64,000 nucleotides of DNA from an uncultured Fibrobacteraceae bacterium (GCA_964343835.1 CAYFKR010000019.1:3952-67951), one strand, 5' to 3'; shown: positions 31,380 to 43,146, counted from the first letter of the stretch. Notes: generated from the letters alone by a model not told the origin. Program-made: numbers and translations.

Positions 31380-32782
31380 GCCGCCGCACCGTCTACGCCG
31401 CCACCCTGGGTTGCGACAAGAACCTCGTGGACAGCGAAGCCCTCCTCGGGCGCTTCGCCGCCCGGGGCATGCTCGTGACCGACGACCCCGACGCCGCGGA
31501 CGTGTGGATCCTGAACACCTGCGGCTTCATCGAGGCCGCGCGGCAGGACAGTTACGACGCCATCGAGACCATGTGCGAGGAGAAGGGCGACCGCCTGCTC
31601 ATCGTGACCGGCTGCCTGACCCAGGAGCGGGGCGAGGAGATCCGGCGCGACTACCCAGAGATCGACCTGGTGTCCGGCGTGGGGAACTTCGACCGCATCG
31701 TCGAAGCCCTGGAGATCGGCGACGACACCGTGCCGGTGGGGCGCCCCGACGACGCCCGCTACGACGGCCTCGCCGACCGCCCCCTGCTCACGCCGGCCCA
31801 CCTGGCCTTCGTGAAGATCAGCGAGGGCTGCAACTTCCGCTGCAGCTTCTGCCGCATCCCCCTGATCCGCGGCGACCAGCGCAGCCGTCGCGTCGCCGAG
31901 CTGCGCGACGAGGTGGCGCGGCTCTGCGATCGGGGTGTGGGCGAGGTCATGCTGGTGTCCCAGAACACCAGCGATTTCGGACGCGACACCGGCGAGGGCC
32001 TGGGCGACCTGGTGGAGGCGCTGACCGACGTCGACGGCCTCCGCTGGATCCGCCTCCACTACCTCTATCCCGGACTGGTGGGCACGGATGGCCTGCGTCG
32101 CATCCTCGACGCCCCGAAGGTGCTTCCGTACCTCGACATGCCCATCCAGCACGCGGCGCCTGACGTGCTGCGGGCCATGAACCGCCCCGTGAAGGTGGAT
32201 GACCTGGTCGCGACCTACGCGGACCTCCGCGCCGACCGTCCCGACCTCGTGCTGCGCACGACCCTGCTCATGGGGTTCCCGGGGGAGGAAGAGGAACACG
32301 TGGAGCAGGTGCTGGACACCCTGGCCGCGGTCCGGTTTGACCACGTGGGGACCTACCGCTATTCTCCCGAGGCGGGAACCGCAGGGGCGGACCTGCCGTT
32401 GACGGTCGATCCGGAAGAGGTGGCCGACCGCGAGGCCCGCGTCCTGGACCTCCAGGTGGAGATCGCGGGGGAGCGGCAGGCCGCACGACTGGGACGGACC
32501 TTCGACGCCGTCGTCGATTCCGTGGAGGAGGCCGGGCCCTGGCGCGAACTCCTCGACGAACTCGCCGCCGGCATGACCGACGTCCCGGCCTGGATGACGG
32601 ACGACGCGGCCCCGGTGGCCGTGGCCCGCACCAGGCATCATGCCTACGAGATGGACGGCGTCGTCCTTGCCGACGGCGCCCACGCGACCCCCGGGACCTG
32701 GGGCCGGGCCACGCTGACGGCGGTCACGCCGTTCGACGCCCTGGCCGACTTCGTCCCGGAGAATGGGGAAGGTGCCCGATGA
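31376..32782 (+). CDS. rimO: Ribosomal protein S12 methylthiotransferase (radical SAM, MTTase family)
   Basis: GTGA overlap. RimO-type N-terminus LGCDKNLVDSE, radical-SAM CNFRCSFCRIP, and a TRAM-like C-terminus. Confidence 0.8.
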   Translation: MSRRTVYAATLGCDKNLVDSEALLGRFAARGMLVTDDPDAADVWILNTCGFIEAARQDSYDAIETMCEEKGDRLLIVTGCLTQERGEEIRRDYPEIDLVSGVGNFDRIVEALEIGDDTVPVGRPDDARYDGLADRPLLTPAHLAFVKISEGCNFRCSFCRIPLIRGDQRSRRVAELRDEVARLCDRGVGEVMLVSQNTSDFGRDTGEGLGDLVEALTDVDGLRWIRLHYLYPGLVGTDGLRRILDAPKVLPYLDMPIQHAAPDVLRAMNRPVKVDDLVATYADLRADRPDLVLRTTLLMGFPGEEEEHVEQVLDTLAAVRFDHVGTYRYSPEAGTAGADLPLTVDPEEVADREARVLDLQVEIAGERQAARLGRTFDAVVDSVEEAGPWRELLDELAAGMTDVPAWMTDDAAPVAVARTRHHAYEMDGVVLADGAHATPGTWGRATLTAVTPFDALADFVPENGEGAR

Positions 32783-33480
32783 CCCGACGTCGTCTGCCGG
32801 CCGCCGGCCTGCTGATCCTGCTGATGGCCGCCCTGGCCGCCTCCACGGCATCGGCAGCCACCGCGCCCGCCGATACCGTGCGCACGAACCTCTGGATCAC
32901 CCGCGCCCTGATGACGGACCTGCTCCGGGAGGCCCTCGAGCCCCTGCCGGCCGACGCCCTGGGCCTGGTCTACCAGTCCCGCGGCCTCCACGAGGGCCAG
33001 GACCTCATGCAGGTGGCCCTGAGCGATCTGCTCGCCGACCGCGGCATGGAGCTCTATGCGCCGGCTCCGGTGACGGCCGCCGACGATGAGGAAGAGGACG
33101 AGGGCTTCACCGGCACGCCCGGTGTCACCGCGGTGCCCCATGAGCTGGTGGTCCGCCTGGAGGACGTGGAACTTGAGTACCCGGCCGCGGGCCGGCGCCT
33201 CGGCCTGTGGCGGACGTGGCTGGACCGGGAGATCGCCGTGTCGGCCATCGTGGTCCTGCGGGATCGCAGGGACGGCCGGGTGCTGCTGGACCGCAGCCTC
33301 ACGCGTCGCTACGGCGACCGCATCGACGCCGGACGCCACGACGACGTGGAGACCGCCGCCTACGCCTTCACCGAAGGGCGCCTGACCGACCAGGGGATCT
33401 ACGGCATCGTGGAGGAGGTCGTCGTGCTCGGCGCCCTCGCCGGTCTGGTCACCGCCTACTTCGCCACCACCGCCGACTGA
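32779..33480 (+). CDS. Hypothetical exported protein with a C-terminal hydrophobic anchor and an acidic patch
   Basis: ATGA overlap. Signal peptide MTRRRLPAAGLLILLMAALAASTASA, DDEEEDEG patch, C-terminal VVVLGALAGLVTAYFATTA. I recognise no family. Confidence 0.55.
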   Translation: MTRRRLPAAGLLILLMAALAASTASAATAPADTVRTNLWITRALMTDLLREALEPLPADALGLVYQSRGLHEGQDLMQVALSDLLADRGMELYAPAPVTAADDEEEDEGFTGTPGVTAVPHELVVRLEDVELEYPAAGRRLGLWRTWLDREIAVSAIVVLRDRRDGRVLLDRSLTRRYGDRIDAGRHDDVETAAYAFTEGRLTDQGIYGIVEEVVVLGALAGLVTAYFATTAD

Positions 33481-33503
33481 CGTCGAGCAAGGAGCCCGGA
33501 CGC

Positions 33504-34262
33504 GTGACGACACCGCGACCCCGTAACCTGATCCTGCTGAGCACCCTCCTCGTCCTCGTGGCGGCGGGTTGCGGCATGAACAACCCCCATCCCATGGGCA
33601 GCTACGACCGGGCCTGGGCCTTCCAGCAGGCCGGCAAGCACCAGGAGGCCGTGGACGCCTACGGCCAGTTCCTGCGCCGCAGCCCCACCGACAGCCTCGC
33701 GGCCCTGGCCCAGTTCCACAAGGCCGCCGCCTACGTGGACCTGAAGGAGTTCCCGCTGGCCGTGGTGGAGTACCGGATCCTGCGGCAGGAGTATCCCACC
33801 AGCGCCCTGGTGGAGGAGGCCATGTACCGGGAGTGCGAGGCGCGCTTCCTCCAGGTCGGGCGCATCGAACGCGACATCACCTCCGGGCACGAGGCCCGTG
33901 ACAGCTTCCTGGCCTTCCTGCAGACCTACCCCACGTCCCCGTGGCGTCCGGCGGTGGAGGAGCGCCTGGTGGACATCGCCGACATCGTGGTGCGCAAGCA
34001 GCTCAAGTCGGTGGATCTGTACCGCCGCATGGGCAAGGACGAGTCGGCGGCCATCGTGCTGGATCGCCTGCTCGAGACCGAGCGCAAGTCCACCCTCCGC
34101 GACATGCTTTTCTGGGAACGGGCCGAGACGGCCCGTGAACTGGAGGATGCGGACGCCGAGACCACGGCCCTCGAGGGTCTGCTGGAGGAATTCCCCGACA
34201 GCGATCTGGCGGACGACGCGCGCCGACGCCTCGGCGCGCTCCAGGCTCCGTCGGAGTCATGA
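33504..34262 (+). CDS. bamD: Outer-membrane protein assembly factor BamD (YfiO)-like TPR lipoprotein
   Basis: GTG 33504 follows AAGGAG. Lipobox LVAAGCG. Helical repeat content with ...AVDAYGQFLRRSPTDSLAALAQFHKAAAYVDLKEF..A..EY..L..EYPTS... is typical of BamD. Confidence 0.65.
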   Translation: MTTPRPRNLILLSTLLVLVAAGCGMNNPHPMGSYDRAWAFQQAGKHQEAVDAYGQFLRRSPTDSLAALAQFHKAAAYVDLKEFPLAVVEYRILRQEYPTSALVEEAMYRECEARFLQVGRIERDITSGHEARDSFLAFLQTYPTSPWRPAVEERLVDIADIVVRKQLKSVDLYRRMGKDESAAIVLDRLLETERKSTLRDMLFWERAETARELEDADAETTALEGLLEEFPDSDLADDARRRLGALQAPSES

Positions 34263-34852
34263 TCCGCGCCGTCTTCGGCGGCTCCTTCGATCCCTTCCAC
34301 AGGGGGCACCTCGCCATGGTGCTGGAACTGGCGTCGCGCGGCCTCGCCGACGTCGTCCATGTGGTGCCCGCCTACCGCTCCCCGTTCAAGGACGGCACCA
34401 GCGCGCCTCCCGCCGACCGCCTCGCCATGACCCGCGCGTCCCTCGACGAGGTCGACGGTGTCCGGGTGGAGGACCTGGAGGTCGAGCGGGGAGGGGCGAG
34501 CTTCACCATCGAGACCCTCGACGCGTTGCGCGAACGCCATCCCGACGACGAGTGGAAGCTCGTGGTGGGTGCCGACTCCCTGGACGGCCTGCCCCGCTGG
34601 CGCGATGCGGACAGGCTGCTCGACGGGGTCACCCTGCTCGTCTTCCCGCGGGACGGTGAGGCCGTTCAGGCGCCGTCCGGCAGTACGCTCCAGGTCGTGG
34701 ACGACTTCGCCCACGACGTCTCGTCCTCCGACGTACGGCGCAGCCTCGCCGGAGGCATCGTTCCCGCCGATCTCCTCCCACCGGCCGTGGCGCGGATCAT
34801 TCGCGAACGCGGTCTCTACGGCATCGCCCCCGGAGGTGACCCGTGTCCCTGA
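34259..34852 (+). CDS. nadD: Nicotinate-nucleotide adenylyltransferase
   Basis: ATGA overlap. GGSFDPFHRGH (HxGH), SSSDVR. Confidence 0.85.
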   Translation: MIRAVFGGSFDPFHRGHLAMVLELASRGLADVVHVVPAYRSPFKDGTSAPPADRLAMTRASLDEVDGVRVEDLEVERGGASFTIETLDALRERHPDDEWKLVVGADSLDGLPRWRDADRLLDGVTLLVFPRDGEAVQAPSGSTLQVVDDFAHDVSSSDVRRSLAGGIVPADLLPPAVARIIRERGLYGIAPGGDPCP

Positions 34853-37614
34853 TCCTCGTCGATGGATCCGCCCTCTTCTACCGGGCCCACTACGCCTTCG
34901 CCAACCGGCCCCTGACCTCGCCCGACGGCGAGACCACGTCGGTGGCCTTCGGCTTCCTCAACAGCCTGCTGCGGCTCATCCAGGGATACGACCCGTCCCA
35001 CCTGGCGGTGGTCTTCGACCGCAAGGGCAAGGTGTTCCGCCACGACATCTATCCCGAGTACAAGGCCAACCGCAAGCCCATGCCCGAGGAGCTGGCCGCC
35101 CAGCTGCCCCGACTCCACGAACTGCTGGAGGCCTGGGGGCTGGCCGTGTTCGACAAGGAGGGGTTCGAGGCCGACGACATCATCGCCACCCTGGCCCGCC
35201 GTTCCGAGGGCGTGACCGACCGCGTCTGGCTCTACAGCGGCGACAAGGACTTCATGCAGCTCCTCGACGCCCGCACCGGCATGCTGAAGCCGGGCCGCCG
35301 CGGTGCCGACGTCACCGAATTCACCGACGACGACGTGCGCAAGGAGTTCGGCCTGGACCCGAAGGAGCTCATCGACGTCTTCGCCCTGTCCGGCGACACC
35401 AGCGACAACATCCCCGGCGCCCCGGGGGTGGGGCCCAAGACGGCACTGAAGCTCGTGAAGGACTTCGGCAGCCTCGATTCGCTCCTCGAGCGCTTGGATG
35501 CGGACAAGCTCACCGCCCGCATGAAGCGTGTCCTGACGGAGAACCGGGAACAGGTGCTGCTGTCCCGCACGCTGTTCACCATCGACGACGACGTGCCCAT
35601 GGAGGTGGACTGGGAGGCCGTGCGGACGGTCCTGCCCACCTCCGAGCGCCTGACGGCCCTGCTGGACGAGCTGGGGCTGCGGCAGGTGAAGGCCATGGCC
35701 GACCGGCTGATCGGCCGCGAACCCGCGAAGACCGGGGCGGACGAGACCACCGGGTCGACCGACCGGTGGGACGCCGCTGCCCGCGGCTACCGGATCCTCG
35801 CGACCGACGCCGACATCTCCGCCTGGCTGGACGCCCTGCCCGCCGGCGCTCCGCTGGCCGTGGACACCGAGACCGACGACCTGCGCTCCGACCGCGCCCG
35901 CCTCGTTGGGATCTCCCTGTGCGCTTCCGCGGGCGACGCCGTCTACATCCCGGTGCTGACCCGCGAGGGCGACGCTCAGGGCAGCCTGTTTCCGGGGGAG
36001 GGGGAGGTCGACCGGGGTGAGGAGGTCCGTCGCCTGGTGGGCCCCGTCCTGGCAGATCCGGAGCGCCTCAAGGTGGGGCAGAACCTGAAGTACGACGAGT
36101 GGATCCTGGAGCGCCACGGCTACGAGCTGAGCGGTCCCCGCTTCGATACCCTGCTGGCGGCCTACGTGCTGGATTCCGGTCGCATGCGCTACGGCCTGGA
36201 CGAACTGGCGTCCGAGCACCTGGGGCTCGAGATGATCCCCTACGGCGACCTCTTCGAGAAGGGGGACCGGACCCGCGACATCCTGTCGGTGCCGCTGGAG
36301 CGCCTCGCCGTGTACGCCGCCGAGGATGCCGAGGCGGCCCTGCGCCTGCACGGGGCGTTCGCCCCGGAGCTCGAGGCGGAGGAGGCGCTCGGGGCCCTGT
36401 TCCGCGACGTCGAGATCCCCGTGTCCCGCGTGCTCTACCGCATGGAGCGCAACGGGATCCGCGTGGACACCGACTACCTGGAGGAGCTGCACGGCGAATT
36501 CGCCGAGGAACTGGTCCGCCTCGAGGCGTCGTGCCACGAGGCCGCCGGCGTGGAGTTCAACGTCCAGAGCCCCAAGCAGCTGTCGGAGATCCTCTTCGAC
36601 ACCCTGGGCCTCAAGCCCACCAAGAAGACCTCCAGCGGCTGGAGCACCGACGTGTCGGTGCTGGAGCGCCTGGCGGACGACCATCCGCTGCCGGGGCTGA
36701 TCCTCGAGCATCGGCAACTGGCCAAGCTGCAGGGCACCTACGTCGAAAGCCTCAAGGAGCTCGTGAACCCGGAGACGGGCCTCATCCACACCTCCTACAA
36801 CCAGGCCGTGGCCGCCACGGGGCGCCTGTCGTCCAGCGATCCGAATCTCCAGAACATCCCGATCCGCACGTCCCAGGGACGCCGGATCCGCAAGGCGTTC
36901 GTGCCCCGGGCCGAGGGCAACGTGTTCCTGGCCGCCGACTATTCCCAGGTGGAGCTGCGCCTGCTGGCCCACCTGTCCGGAGACGAGCGCCTGGTGCAGA
37001 CCTTTCGCGACGGAGGCGACGTGCACCGCGCCACCGCCGCCCTGATCAACGACGTGGAGCCGGACGCCGTGACCTCCGACATGCGGTCGCGGGCCAAGGC
37101 CATCAACTTCGGCGTGATCTACGGCATGGGAGCCCGCGCCCTGGCCCGCCAGATCGACGTCACGGTGCGCGAGGCGAGCGCCTTCATCGACGGCTACTTC
37201 CGCACGTACCCCGGCGTGAAGGAGTTCATCGACCGCAGCCACGGGGAGGCCCGCGAGACCGGGGTCGCCACCACGCTGCTGGGGCGTCGTCGCCCGTTGC
37301 CGGACATCCTCTCGGACAACCAGCGACTGCGGGCCATGGCCGAGCGCATGGCCATGAACACCCCCATCCAGGGCACCGCCGCCGACCTGATCAAGCTGGC
37401 CATGATTCGCCTCGATCGTGAACTGGCCGAGGGGGGGCACCTGGCCCTCATGCTCCTGCAGGTCCACGACGAGCTCCTGCTCGAGCTGCCGGAGAGTGAG
37501 CTCGAGGCCGTCACGGCCCTGGTCCGCGACTGCATGGAGGGGGTCATGGACCTGTCGGTGCCCCTGACGGTGGAGATCCACGCCGGGGCCGACTGGGAGG
37601 CCGCCCATGGCTGA
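34843..37614 (+). CDS. polA: DNA polymerase I
   Basis: 5'-nuclease LILVDGSALFYRAHYA, exo domain LAVDTETDDL, polymerase motif A DYSQVELRLLAHLSGD, motif C QVHDELLLE. Confidence 0.95.
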   Translation: MSLILVDGSALFYRAHYAFANRPLTSPDGETTSVAFGFLNSLLRLIQGYDPSHLAVVFDRKGKVFRHDIYPEYKANRKPMPEELAAQLPRLHELLEAWGLAVFDKEGFEADDIIATLARRSEGVTDRVWLYSGDKDFMQLLDARTGMLKPGRRGADVTEFTDDDVRKEFGLDPKELIDVFALSGDTSDNIPGAPGVGPKTALKLVKDFGSLDSLLERLDADKLTARMKRVLTENREQVLLSRTLFTIDDDVPMEVDWEAVRTVLPTSERLTALLDELGLRQVKAMADRLIGREPAKTGADETTGSTDRWDAAARGYRILATDADISAWLDALPAGAPLAVDTETDDLRSDRARLVGISLCASAGDAVYIPVLTREGDAQGSLFPGEGEVDRGEEVRRLVGPVLADPERLKVGQNLKYDEWILERHGYELSGPRFDTLLAAYVLDSGRMRYGLDELASEHLGLEMIPYGDLFEKGDRTRDILSVPLERLAVYAAEDAEAALRLHGAFAPELEAEEALGALFRDVEIPVSRVLYRMERNGIRVDTDYLEELHGEFAEELVRLEASCHEAAGVEFNVQSPKQLSEILFDTLGLKPTKKTSSGWSTDVSVLERLADDHPLPGLILEHRQLAKLQGTYVESLKELVNPETGLIHTSYNQAVAATGRLSSSDPNLQNIPIRTSQGRRIRKAFVPRAEGNVFLAADYSQVELRLLAHLSGDERLVQTFRDGGDVHRATAALINDVEPDAVTSDMRSRAKAINFGVIYGMGARALARQIDVTVREASAFIDGYFRTYPGVKEFIDRSHGEARETGVATTLLGRRRPLPDILSDNQRLRAMAERMAMNTPIQGTAADLIKLAMIRLDRELAEGGHLALMLLQVHDELLLELPESELEAVTALVRDCMEGVMDLSVPLTVEIHAGADWEAAHG

Positions 37615-38235
37615 TCCGTACGGGATCCCCGTCTGGGCCCTGACCGGCCCCATCGGCGGCGGCAAGAGCCTCGCCGCCGACGCCTTCGCCGCCGGGGGAG
37701 CCGTGGTCATCGATGCCGACCGGGAAGGCCACGGCGTCCTCGCCGACCCGTCGGTGCGTTCGGAACTGCGGCAGGCGTTCGGTGACGACGTCTTCTGTGG
37801 CGAGGAGGTGGACCGCCCCGTCCTCGGCCGCCTGGTCTTCGGCGACGCCGACGCCCTGGCCCGGCTCGACGCCATCACCCACCCGCGCCTCTCGGCCCGC
37901 CTCGTGGCGCGGCTGCGCGATGCGGCCTCCCGCGACCCCCTGCCGCCCCTTGCGGTGGTGGAGGCGGCCGTTTACTTTCGGTTGCCGCCGTTCGCCGCCG
38001 TGGATCGCGTGATCTGCGTGACGGCGCCGGAGGAGGTCCGGATCGAACGCCTCGCGGCGTCCGGCCGCCTGTCCGCCGACGACGCCCGGGCCCGCGTGGA
38101 GGCCCAGCGTCCCCTGTTGCGCGACTGGGAACGCTCCGATATCGTGCTGGTCAACGACGGCACGCCCGACGACCTGCGCCGCGCCGTGCAGGATCTCCTG
38201 AACGACCCCGCCCAGCGGGGGAGGGATGCGACCCC

Positions 38236-38239
<4 letters not shown>
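37607..38239 (+). CDS. coaE: Dephospho-CoA kinase
   Basis: P-loop LTGPIGGGKS, VIDADREGH. Overlaps the polA end by 8 nt. Confidence 0.85.
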
Positions 38240-39343
<1,104 letters not shown>

Positions 39344-39359
39344 ACCGAGGAGAACCGAC

Positions 39360-40883
39360 GTGACCGCCGACGCGAACAACAACGCCCCCGAGACCGCCCA
39401 GGACGAGGCCGCGCGCCACCGCCTCATCGAGGAGCGCCTGCGCAAGCTCGCCGAGATCCGCGAGACCCGCGACCCCTACCCGCACCACTACGAGCGCACC
39501 CACACCAGCGCCGAACTGCGGGAGCACGAGGCGGAAATCACGGAGTCCGGCGCCAAGGTGCGCATCGCGGGACGGGTCATGGCCAAGCGCAAGGCCGGCA
39601 AGACCATGTTCATTCCGCTCTTCGACGGACCGGGCAAGATCCAGATCTACGTGAAGAAGGACATCCTCGGCGACGTGGACTTCGACTTCTTCAAGAAGAT
39701 GGTCGACACCGGCGACATCATCGGCGTGGAGGGCACGCTGTTCCGCACGCGCACCGAGGAGCTCACCGTCGAGGTCCACGCCTTCGTGCTGCTGACCAAG
39801 TCGCTGCGTCCGCTGCCCGAGAAGTACCACGACATGAGCCTGGAGCTGAAGAGCCGCAAGCGGTACCTGGACCTCATCATGAACCTGGAGACCCGCGAGC
39901 GCTTCCGGGTGCGCTCCCGCGTGCTCGACGAGATCCGCCGCTTCCTGGTGGACGAGGACTTTCTCGAGGTCGAGACGCCCATCCTCCAGCCCCTGTACGG
40001 CGGCGCCACGGCGCGTCCCTTCAAGACGCACCACAACGCCCTGGACCAGACCCTCTACCTGCGCATCGCCGACGAGCTCTACCTCAAGCGCCTGATCGTG
40101 GGCGGCTTCGAGAAGGTCTTCGAGTTCTGCAAGGACTTCCGCAACGAGGGGATGGACCGCACCCACAACCCCGAGTTCACCATGATGGAGTGCTACGCCG
40201 CGTACTGGGACTACCACGGCATGATGGACCTGGTGGAGCGGATGATGCTGCGCCTGGTGGAGCGCTTCGGCACCGACGGGAAGATCACCTACGGCGAGCA
40301 CGAGCTGGACTTCTCCAACGGATTCCGCCGCCTGCGCTTCCTGGACGGCCTGAAGGAGGAGACGGGCGTCGACTTCGCGTCGCTGGACGACGACCAGGTG
40401 GCCGCCGAGGCCAAGCGCCTGGGCGTGGAAGTGAAGAAGGGCATGGGCCGCGACAAGATCCTCGACGAGGTCTTCGGCGAGTTCGTGGAGCCCAAGCTCA
40501 TCCAGCCCACCTTCGTGCTGGACCACCCGGTGGAGCTGTCACCCCTGGCCAAGTGGCACCGGGAGGACGAGGGCCTGGTGGAGCGCTTCGAGGGCTTCAT
40601 CGCCGGCTTCGAGATCTGCAACTCCTTCTCCGAGCTCAACGACCCCCAGGTCCAGCGCGAGCGCTTCATGGCCCAGATGGACCTCAAGGCCAAGGGCGAC
40701 GAGGAGGCCCAGGTGCTGGACGAGGACTTCCTCGAAGCACTGGAGACGGGCATGCCGCCCACCGGCGGCCTCGGCGTGGGCCTGGACCGCCTCGTGATGC
40801 TCTTCACCGACTGCAACAGCATCCGCGACGTGCTGCTCTTCCCGGCCATGCGGCCGGAGGAGAACCCCGGGGGCATGAGCTAG
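39360..40883 (+). CDS. lysS: Lysine--tRNA ligase (class II)
   Basis: GTG follows GAGGAG. FRNEGMDRTHNPEFTMMECY, GGLGVGLDRLVMLF. Confidence 0.95.
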   Translation: MTADANNNAPETAQDEAARHRLIEERLRKLAEIRETRDPYPHHYERTHTSAELREHEAEITESGAKVRIAGRVMAKRKAGKTMFIPLFDGPGKIQIYVKKDILGDVDFDFFKKMVDTGDIIGVEGTLFRTRTEELTVEVHAFVLLTKSLRPLPEKYHDMSLELKSRKRYLDLIMNLETRERFRVRSRVLDEIRRFLVDEDFLEVETPILQPLYGGATARPFKTHHNALDQTLYLRIADELYLKRLIVGGFEKVFEFCKDFRNEGMDRTHNPEFTMMECYAAYWDYHGMMDLVERMMLRLVERFGTDGKITYGEHELDFSNGFRRLRFLDGLKEETGVDFASLDDDQVAAEAKRLGVEVKKGMGRDKILDEVFGEFVEPKLIQPTFVLDHPVELSPLAKWHREDEGLVERFEGFIAGFEICNSFSELNDPQVQRERFMAQMDLKAKGDEEAQVLDEDFLEALETGMPPTGGLGVGLDRLVMLFTDCNSIRDVLLFPAMRPEENPGGMS

Positions 40884-40884
40884 G

Positions 40885-42138
40885 ATGCGTTTCGCGGCCT
40901 ACATCGCCGCCCGCTACCTGCGTTCGCGGGGCAAGTCGCGCCTGCTGAGCCGCGTGACGGTGATCGCCGTCACGGGGATCACCCTGGGCGTGGTCGTCCT
41001 CGACCTGACCCTGGCCATCATGAACGGCCTGCACGCCGAGCTGCGCAGCACCTTCGTGGACAACATGCCCATGGTCACGGTGACCACCAGCCGGCCCGAG
41101 GGCTTCCGGGACCTGGGCCGGGACATGGACACCATCGGCGGCCTCGACGGCGTGACGGGCGTGGCGCCCTTCGTGCGCCAGGAGGTGGTGGCCACCAACC
41201 GCCTCGCCGGGGGCACGGCCCAGCATCGGGCGGCGGTGGTCTGGGGCGTGGATCCCGACCTGCAGGAGACCGTCACCCCGCTGCGGCGCATGATGTACCC
41301 CGCCGGACGCGGCGTCGCGGCCCTGCGCGGCGAGCACGACGGCGTGCCGGGCGTGGTGCTGGGCGCCGAACTCGCCGCCTCTCTCTACGCCGGCCTCGGC
41401 GACACCCTGGTGCTCACCGCCCCCAAGGGCGAGCTCGTGCTGGACGAGATGGAGGCCGAAAGCCGTCGCTACATCGTGGCCGGATTCCTCGAGACGGGCC
41501 TCTACGATTTCGACGCCCGCTTCGCCTACATGGCCCTGGACGAATCCCGCGACTTCTTCGGCTACCCGCCCGACGGCGCCCTGGCCATCGGCGTGAAGGT
41601 GGCCGACATGATGACGGCGCCGGCGGTGGCCGAGGCCATCGAGGACGCCCTCGGCCCCTACGACCACCACTGCAACGACTGGATCGAGCTCAACGCCAAC
41701 CTCTTCCAGTGGGTCAAGCTGGAGAAGGTCATGATGTTCCTGCTGCTGGGGCTGGTGATCCTGGTGGCGGCCTTCAACATCATCGGCATCCTGACCATGA
41801 TGGTGGGGGAGCGGCGCCGGGAGATCGGCATCCTGCTGGCCATGGGCGCGCGCCCGCGCCAGATCAGCGCCATCTTCCTGCTCGACGGTCTGGCCGTGGG
41901 TGCCGCGGGGACCATGCTCGGCAGCCTGCTGGGCTGGCTGGGCGTGCTGTACCTGGAGAAGGTGGGCATCGGCCTGCCCGGCGACGTCTACTTCGTGGAC
42001 CATGTGCCGGTCATCGCCCAGACCACGGATTTCCTGATGGTCGGGGGCGTGGCGCTGCTGATCACGCTGCTGGCCACGTGGCTGCCCAGCGCCGAGGCCT
42101 CGCGCCTGCGGCCCATGGAGATCATCCGCTACACCTAG
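40885..42138 (+). CDS. Lipoprotein-releasing system permease, LolC/LolE (FtsX) family
   Basis: FAAYIAARYLRSRGKSRLLS, a large periplasmic loop, and a C-terminal FtsX domain with 3 TM. Confidence 0.85.
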   Translation: MRFAAYIAARYLRSRGKSRLLSRVTVIAVTGITLGVVVLDLTLAIMNGLHAELRSTFVDNMPMVTVTTSRPEGFRDLGRDMDTIGGLDGVTGVAPFVRQEVVATNRLAGGTAQHRAAVVWGVDPDLQETVTPLRRMMYPAGRGVAALRGEHDGVPGVVLGAELAASLYAGLGDTLVLTAPKGELVLDEMEAESRRYIVAGFLETGLYDFDARFAYMALDESRDFFGYPPDGALAIGVKVADMMTAPAVAEAIEDALGPYDHHCNDWIELNANLFQWVKLEKVMMFLLLGLVILVAAFNIIGILTMMVGERRREIGILLAMGARPRQISAIFLLDGLAVGAAGTMLGSLLGWLGVLYLEKVGIGLPGDVYFVDHVPVIAQTTDFLMVGGVALLITLLATWLPSAEASRLRPMEIIRYT

Positions 42139-42145
42139 GAGCCCC

Positions 42146-42838
42146 ATGCACGCGCTGCTGGATGCACAGGGACTGGACAAGGGCTTCGCCCGCACCGACG
42201 GACGCGTGGACGTGCTGCGCGACTGCTCGGTGAGCCTGGCTGCGGGGGAGAGCCTCGCGGTCATGGGGTCCAGCGGCTCGGGCAAGAGCACGCTCCTGAA
42301 TCTCCTGACCGGACTCGACCGGCCCGACGCCGGCTCCGTGACCTGGCGCGGCGAGGATCTGCTGGCCATGTCGGGGGATCGTCTGAGCCGCTGGCGTCGC
42401 GATGAGCTGGGCTTCGTCTTCCAGTTCCACTTCCTGATGCCGGACCTGACGGCGGAAGAGAACCTGCTGGTGCCCGCCCGCCTGCGCGGGCCCATCGGCC
42501 CGGACGAGCGCGACCGCGCCGCCGACCTCCTCGGACGGATGGGGCTGGCCGACCGCTCCGGCCATCTGCCCGGCGAACTCTCCGGCGGCGAGCAGCAGCG
42601 GGTGGCCATGGCTCGGGCCTTCGTCAACGCCCCGTCGCTGGTGATGGCCGACGAACCCACCGGCAACCTGGACCGGGCCCGCGGCGCCGAACTGGCCGAC
42701 ATGCTTTTCGGCTGGGCCGCCGACCACGGTTCCGCCCTGGTGGTCGTGACCCACGATCCCGACCTCGCCGCCCGCGCCGACCGCACCCTCGTGCTCCGCG
42801 ACGGAGCCCTGCACCCCGACCCGGAGGCGGCGTCGTGA
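42146..42838 (+). CDS. lolD: Lipoprotein-releasing system ATP-binding protein
   Basis: Walker A GSSGSGKST, signature LSGGEQQRVAMARA, Walker B LVMADEPTGNLD. Confidence 0.8.
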   Translation: MHALLDAQGLDKGFARTDGRVDVLRDCSVSLAAGESLAVMGSSGSGKSTLLNLLTGLDRPDAGSVTWRGEDLLAMSGDRLSRWRRDELGFVFQFHFLMPDLTAEENLLVPARLRGPIGPDERDRAADLLGRMGLADRSGHLPGELSGGEQQRVAMARAFVNAPSLVMADEPTGNLDRARGAELADMLFGWAADHGSALVVVTHDPDLAARADRTLVLRDGALHPDPEAAS

Positions 42839-43146
42839 CGCCCTGTCCCACCTGCTCCACGGAACTGGCCGCACTGGCCTCGGACGGTCGCCTGGGCTGC
42901 CCCGACTGCTACCGGCACTTCCACGAGGAGCTCAAGACGATCCTCGAGCGCTTCCACGGCGCTTCGGCCCACATCGGCATGATGCCGGCGGCCACCACGT
43001 CCGCGGAGCTGCGCCGGCGCGAGATCGCCCGCTTTCGGTCCCTGCTCGACCGGGCCGTGGCTGCAGAGGACTTCGAGGAGGCCGCCCGCCTGCGCGACCA
43101 GATCCAGGACATGGAACTGCTGAAGGCCCGGGAGGCGACGTCGTGA
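42835..43146 (+). CDS. mcsA: McsA-like protein (CxxC zinc finger plus UVR motif), activator of protein-arginine kinase
   Basis: GTGA overlap. CPTC...CPDC, UVR-type EDFEEAARLRDQIQDME. Confidence 0.7.
   Translation: MTPCPTCSTELAALASDGRLGCPDCYRHFHEELKTILERFHGASAHIGMMPAATTSAELRRREIARFRSLLDRAVAAEDFEEAARLRDQIQDMELLKAREATS

Noticed and set aside
34816-37878. 1020-aa minus-strand ORF
   Set aside because: It is antisense to polA and coaE, with the same low-complexity composition and no motifs.
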